From Octopus sinensis (taxonomy: Eukaryota), in the NCBI RefSeq assembly GCF_006345805.1, contig NC_043007.1, positions 53,072,001-53,136,000 of the forward strand: 64,000 bases of DNA, given 5' to 3'. This document shows, one piece after another, positions 59,400-64,000 of the stretch. The notes under the pieces are model-generated. The model did not search any database and was not told where the DNA came from. It was given only the letters and a program-made list of their open reading frames with translations. Numbering within the stretch: position 1 is the stretch's first letter; each line of letters starts with the position of its first letter. A program made the translations under genes and the position numbers.

Positions 59400-61160
59400 G
59401 GGTCCCAGGCTGCTGTGTTGAACACACATAAGCAATCAGACATGTCATTAACGAAGCAAGGAGGAACAACAACTCATTCTCCACTGTTTGGTTGGCTCTT
59501 TTCAAAGCATACCCAAGTGTGCTCCACCAGCGTGCAATTGAAGTACTACCAAGTATCAACAGTAGTCAGACTCATAGTCCTATGTAGATTTGCTGAGAAT
59601 GAGGTTCACTGTGGGTAGAAACTGGAAAAAGGCATTATGGCAAGGTGTACAATTTCCATGATGGCCATGAACCTACTACTAGAGGTAGGAGGGAAGCAGT
59701 CAAAACAGGAAATTCAGTTTGATGGGTCTTTATGGACAACATAGCGGTTATGACACCATCAATCAAAGGAGCCCAGTCGATTTGAGCTACTGGAAAAATG
59801 GTCATGCTCAAAGTTCATTCCAATAAAATCTCAGTGCCTGGATATCTTTAAGATGTCAAATGACATCTTCAGCATTAAGGGCTCTGGGTTTCTGATAATC
59901 CAAGAAAAAAGAGTCTGTTGCCCTGGGAAAAATTATAATTACACTCTAAGGATATTGGCAATGCCGAAGAAACAAAGACACAACTAGACAACTGGCTGTG
60001 GGTAGTTGATAAAAATCAGCTACTTGGGGGATTTAAGGTATGGTGCTTCCAGTATGGCATGTACCCAAACTGCAGTGGCTACTTTTACTTTAAGGCTTTG
60101 CCATGATTCGAATAGAGGCAATAGTGAGGCTGTGCAGTAAATTCATGAAAAGGTGGTTAGTTGTTGCTCTAACTTTCAGCTCAGTCAATCTGCACTGCAC
60201 AACCTCTAAGCTCTGCTTACCAATTTCATCTGTGGTGGAGGAATTGAAAGGCACAATGGCAAGATCAATCAACACATTACTTCAGTCTGGAGATGAGAAA
60301 GTCAGACATATCAACAAGATCATAAAGTGTGGCAGAAAATGGAAACTCCCAGAAGTGTGAAGGAAGCAGACATACTGAAAACACCAAGAGATTGTTAGAG
60401 TAGTCTGTAAAGGACAGCTAGGACTTGGCAACAAGTGCTAAGAGGTGGAAAAACACCAATACCAGGAGCAAGAGAGAGCTCATAGCACAAAGGGTTTGTG
60501 ATTCAAGAGATTAGGATTGCCAAGGTAAGACAGTAGGACTTGCCCACCAAAGACTGTGGATACAGTGGGATCAGTCACTTGAGTATACACTGTCCTAGAA
60601 TTCCGGAGCAGTGACCAGGGAAGATTGTCCTTCCTTTGTGCTGTCACTGATCTCTTGTCAACCCCAAATAAACTTAAGATATAGGACAAAGAAGAAAACC
60701 CATCCTGCAAACAGTGTGGAGCTAGTCTTTGTATCCTGAACTACTCCCAAGATGAAAGCAGTAGCTGGGGACCTGTTTTCTATTTTGCATTCAGCCTCAA
60801 GTTGGGAAATGCATGAGGACTTAAAGGGCAAACTTGTCTTCCCAGAGGAGATAATAACATCACTCTGACCAGACAAGTTCCTGCTCTCCAGGAGCACAAA
60901 AACAATCGTTGTGGTCAAACTCACAGTACCCAAGGAAGACAGACTCGACATTTCTCACCAGGTAAGGTAAACTAGATATCAAGACTTGGTTGATGAGGCT
61001 CTTGTCAAGGGGTGGCTGCATCCTCCATTGAAGTTGGCTGTAAAGGCTTTTCAGATAGATCAGTGCACTATGCTATTTCCTACAGAAGATAGTTCTGGAA
61101 CCCTGAAGTTAACTGAAAAAGCCATCAAGATGGGCATGGCAGCTGAAACAGTCTTAAGGT
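59400..61160 (+). mobile_element. Heavily decayed RLE-type LINE (HERO-like, R2 group)
   Basis: GIMARCTISM (~59631), FMDNIAVMT (~59729), and PDKFLLSRSTKTIVVVKLTVPKE (~60870), resembling the RPD...ELTVPWE restriction-like endonuclease motif. Confidence 0.6.
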
Positions 61161-62271
61161 GGTGATGGTTGATCCTTTTATCCTTCTCTTGTCTATTATT
61201 ATTATCCTACTGCTCTTCACCCTCCTGCACTGCCAATAAGGATCTTACAGCTCTTCACCCTCCTGCTCTGCCAGTAAGGATCTTCTCTCCCTGACCTTTC
61301 CCCATAACTTATATGCATTATTGATTATTCCTTCCCCATTCACTACATTCACCCTTTTTCCCTACTTTCCATCCAATTCATATTTATTTTCTCCTTCACC
61401 TTAACACTTATTCATCATTCAATATATATGCACTCCCTACCCCATCTCTTACCGTCCATTATTTTATTGATACATTCTTGCTACCTCTATCCAGCTACCT
61501 TTTCTGTTTTTCTGCATCAAGGGTCCACTCTGATTCCTTATCACCATTGTCTTTGTCTCTTTTTCCAGCTCCATGACAATTACAGTAATGCTTGCTTGAA
61601 TAATGTGAGCATCCATGTATCTGTTATAACAACAAACCTGTTCCAACTCCTTCCTTCATATTCTAAGCTTTCTTCACCTACCATAAATCTACCCTCCACC
61701 TCTATTCTGTAGCACTATTGAAAAATCTATCCTACCACAAATAATAATAATGGAAGAGCACAGTGTGATTTGTAGAAGAGATTGTTTAATAAGATTGTTT
61801 ATTTAATGGTTTGAATAATCTCTATTACAAATCACATCACACTCTTGTCTATTTACCTTTGTGAAGAGTTCCACCAATCTTTATAAATTAATATTAATAA
61901 TCATTATCATCATTATTTAATGTCCGTTTTCCATATGGCATGGGTTGGATGGTTTGACTGAAAACTGGTAAGCTGGGGAGCTACACCAGGTTTCAATCTG
62001 ATTTGGTATGGTTTCTATTGCTGGATCCCTTCCTAATGCCAACCATTCCAAGAGTATGGTGGGTGCTTTTTACGTGCCACCACCATTGGCCATGACTACG
62101 ATCTCACTTGGTTTGACAGGTCTTCTCAGGTACAGTATATCACCTAAGGCCTTGGTCACCTGTTGAAAACTTGTGGATACCTATGGTTACAGGCAGTAAC
62201 CCACTATCCACATAATCCCTACCAGGAATAACACCGAACCTGAGACAAACCAAAATAATAATAATAATAAT

Positions 62272-64000
62272 CAAACAAAAGGTATCTGCCAAAGCTGCCC
62301 GCATAGCGAGATATGAAAAGCGTGTTAGATTTTTCAAGGACAACAACATGTTCAAAAATAACCCCAAGAATTTTTACAGGAAGATAGGAAAAACAGCGTT
62401 TACTGCAAGGTCTGTACCATCAAAAGAAGAAGTGCAGGGATTTTGGAATAAATTTGGGCAGAAGAAAAAACACACAACGAAAAGGCCCCCTGAATTGACA
62501 GAATATCTACAGAACTGGACCCCTTAGAAGAGCAAAAGTGGGAGGGTGTCAAGGTAGAAGATATAAGATCTGCTCTCAGGAGGTCAAGCAAATGGAAGTC
62601 TCCAGGAAAGGATAAAATTCCTAACTTCTGGCTGAATGCCTTCCCAGAGAGCCATGAACTGCTAACAGAACTGTACAATGATGTTTTGCAACATCCTAGT
62701 AGGATGCTTCCTTGGCTAGTTAATGGGTTAACATTCCTGCTTCCAAAAAGTGAAGAAACAAATGAACCAAAAAACTATAGACCCAGAACCTGCTTAACAA
62801 CTATGTACAAAACGCTAACATCTGTCCTTATAGTTTTTTAACAGACAGCAGCATATTCCCTAATGAACAGAAAGGATGTAAACGTGGATCCTATGGCTGT
62901 AAAGATCAACTACTCATCAATAAGATGATCTTAGAAGATTGTCACAAACGACACAAAAACTTATCAATAGCCTGGATAGACTATAAAAAGGCTTTTGATG
63001 GCCTACCACATAGCTGGATTAGGAAATGCCTGGAAATGTATAAGATAGCACCTACTCTGCGAAACATTTTGACTGTAAGTATGAGATCATGGAGAACCAC
63101 ACTAACTCTGAACAGTGACAATGAATCCCTAAATGCTGGTGATGTAAAAATTTTGTGTGGCATTTTCCAGGGTGACTCACTGTCACCACTCCTCTTTTCT
63201 TTAGCCTTAATACCTCTTTCAAAACTGCTCAATGATGCGCTGTACGGGTATAAAATGTTTGATAAAAATATAAATCATCTCATTTACATGGATGATTTAA
63301 AGCTTTTTGCAAAAAATGACCAACAACTCAAGGGCTTACTAGCAATAGTCAAACAATTCAGTGACGACATCAGAATGCAATTTGGCCTCGATAAATGTGC
63401 AAAAGCTACCTTTATCAAAGGAAAAATGACAGAAATATCTAACGTTAACCTTGACCAGCAGAATGTCATAAAAGAACTAGACCCAGCGGAGAGCTACAAG
63501 TACCTAGGGGTAATTGAAGGGAACGGAATAAGGCATTCAGAGATGAAGGAAAGGATCAGGAGAGAATGCTATCGAAGAGTGAGAGCAATACTCAAGACAG
63601 AGCTGAATGCAAGAAACAAGATCGAAGCGATCAATGCATTAGCCATACCAGTCATGACTTACAGTTTCAATATCGTTAACTAGTCAATTACTGAAATATG
63701 TCAGCTCGACAGAAAAATAAGAAAACTGTTAACAATGCATAGAATGCACCACCCTAAGGCAGATACAGAACGACTTTATCTGCCAAGAAAAGAGGGAGGC
63801 CGTGGTCTTTTGCAACTGGCAATAACAATGAAGATTGCTACAATTGGCCTAGACACCTACCTGAAAAAGTCTGAGGACTGGATGTTAAAACTTGTCTCAA
63901 AACATGAAAACAAGAAGGCATCATACTCAGTAACAAAACAGGCAAAGGAATATCTAAGTGAACTCCAAATACAACAAATTTCGGAATTAGAGATAGACAA
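62272..64000 (+). mobile_element. 5'-truncated R4/Dong-like non-LTR retrotransposon RT, continuing past the window end
   Basis: [54 protein letters not shown]; 5' junction at an (AAT)n run. Confidence 0.8.

Overview
Repeat-dominated eukaryotic DNA, very likely an octopus (cephalopod) genome. This is inferred from SINE families and microsatellite style that I recognise, not from a search. The only clear host gene is a GXYLT1/2-like glucoside xylosyltransferase on the + strand. Its conserved exon is at 55197-55362, and a probable first exon at 23006/23042-23289 is separated from it by a ~32-kb intron. The rest is layered mobile DNA: Tx1-like LINEs (one full-length plus a tandem partial copy, and one antisense), a Gypsy element nested in another Gypsy, self-nested MITEs, a 2-kb foldback element with 8-bp TSD, a Penelope-like element, a decayed Academ-like DNA transposon, RTE/HERO/R4-like LINE remnants, SINEs and microsatellites. 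Two observations stand out. (1) A 2.9-kb satellite (6698-9560) repeats a captured promoter plus the first 36 codons of a CRESS-DNA-virus-like HUH Rep (motif I, FTLNNY) six times, plus two partial copies. (2) The GXYLT intron holds five type I hammerhead ribozyme motifs with intact cores, including a head-to-head pair inside a 143-bp hairpin and sense-strand copies with mutually compatible palindromic helix III, plus a tandem array of variant motifs. All alignments were made by eye; no searches or folding programs were run.
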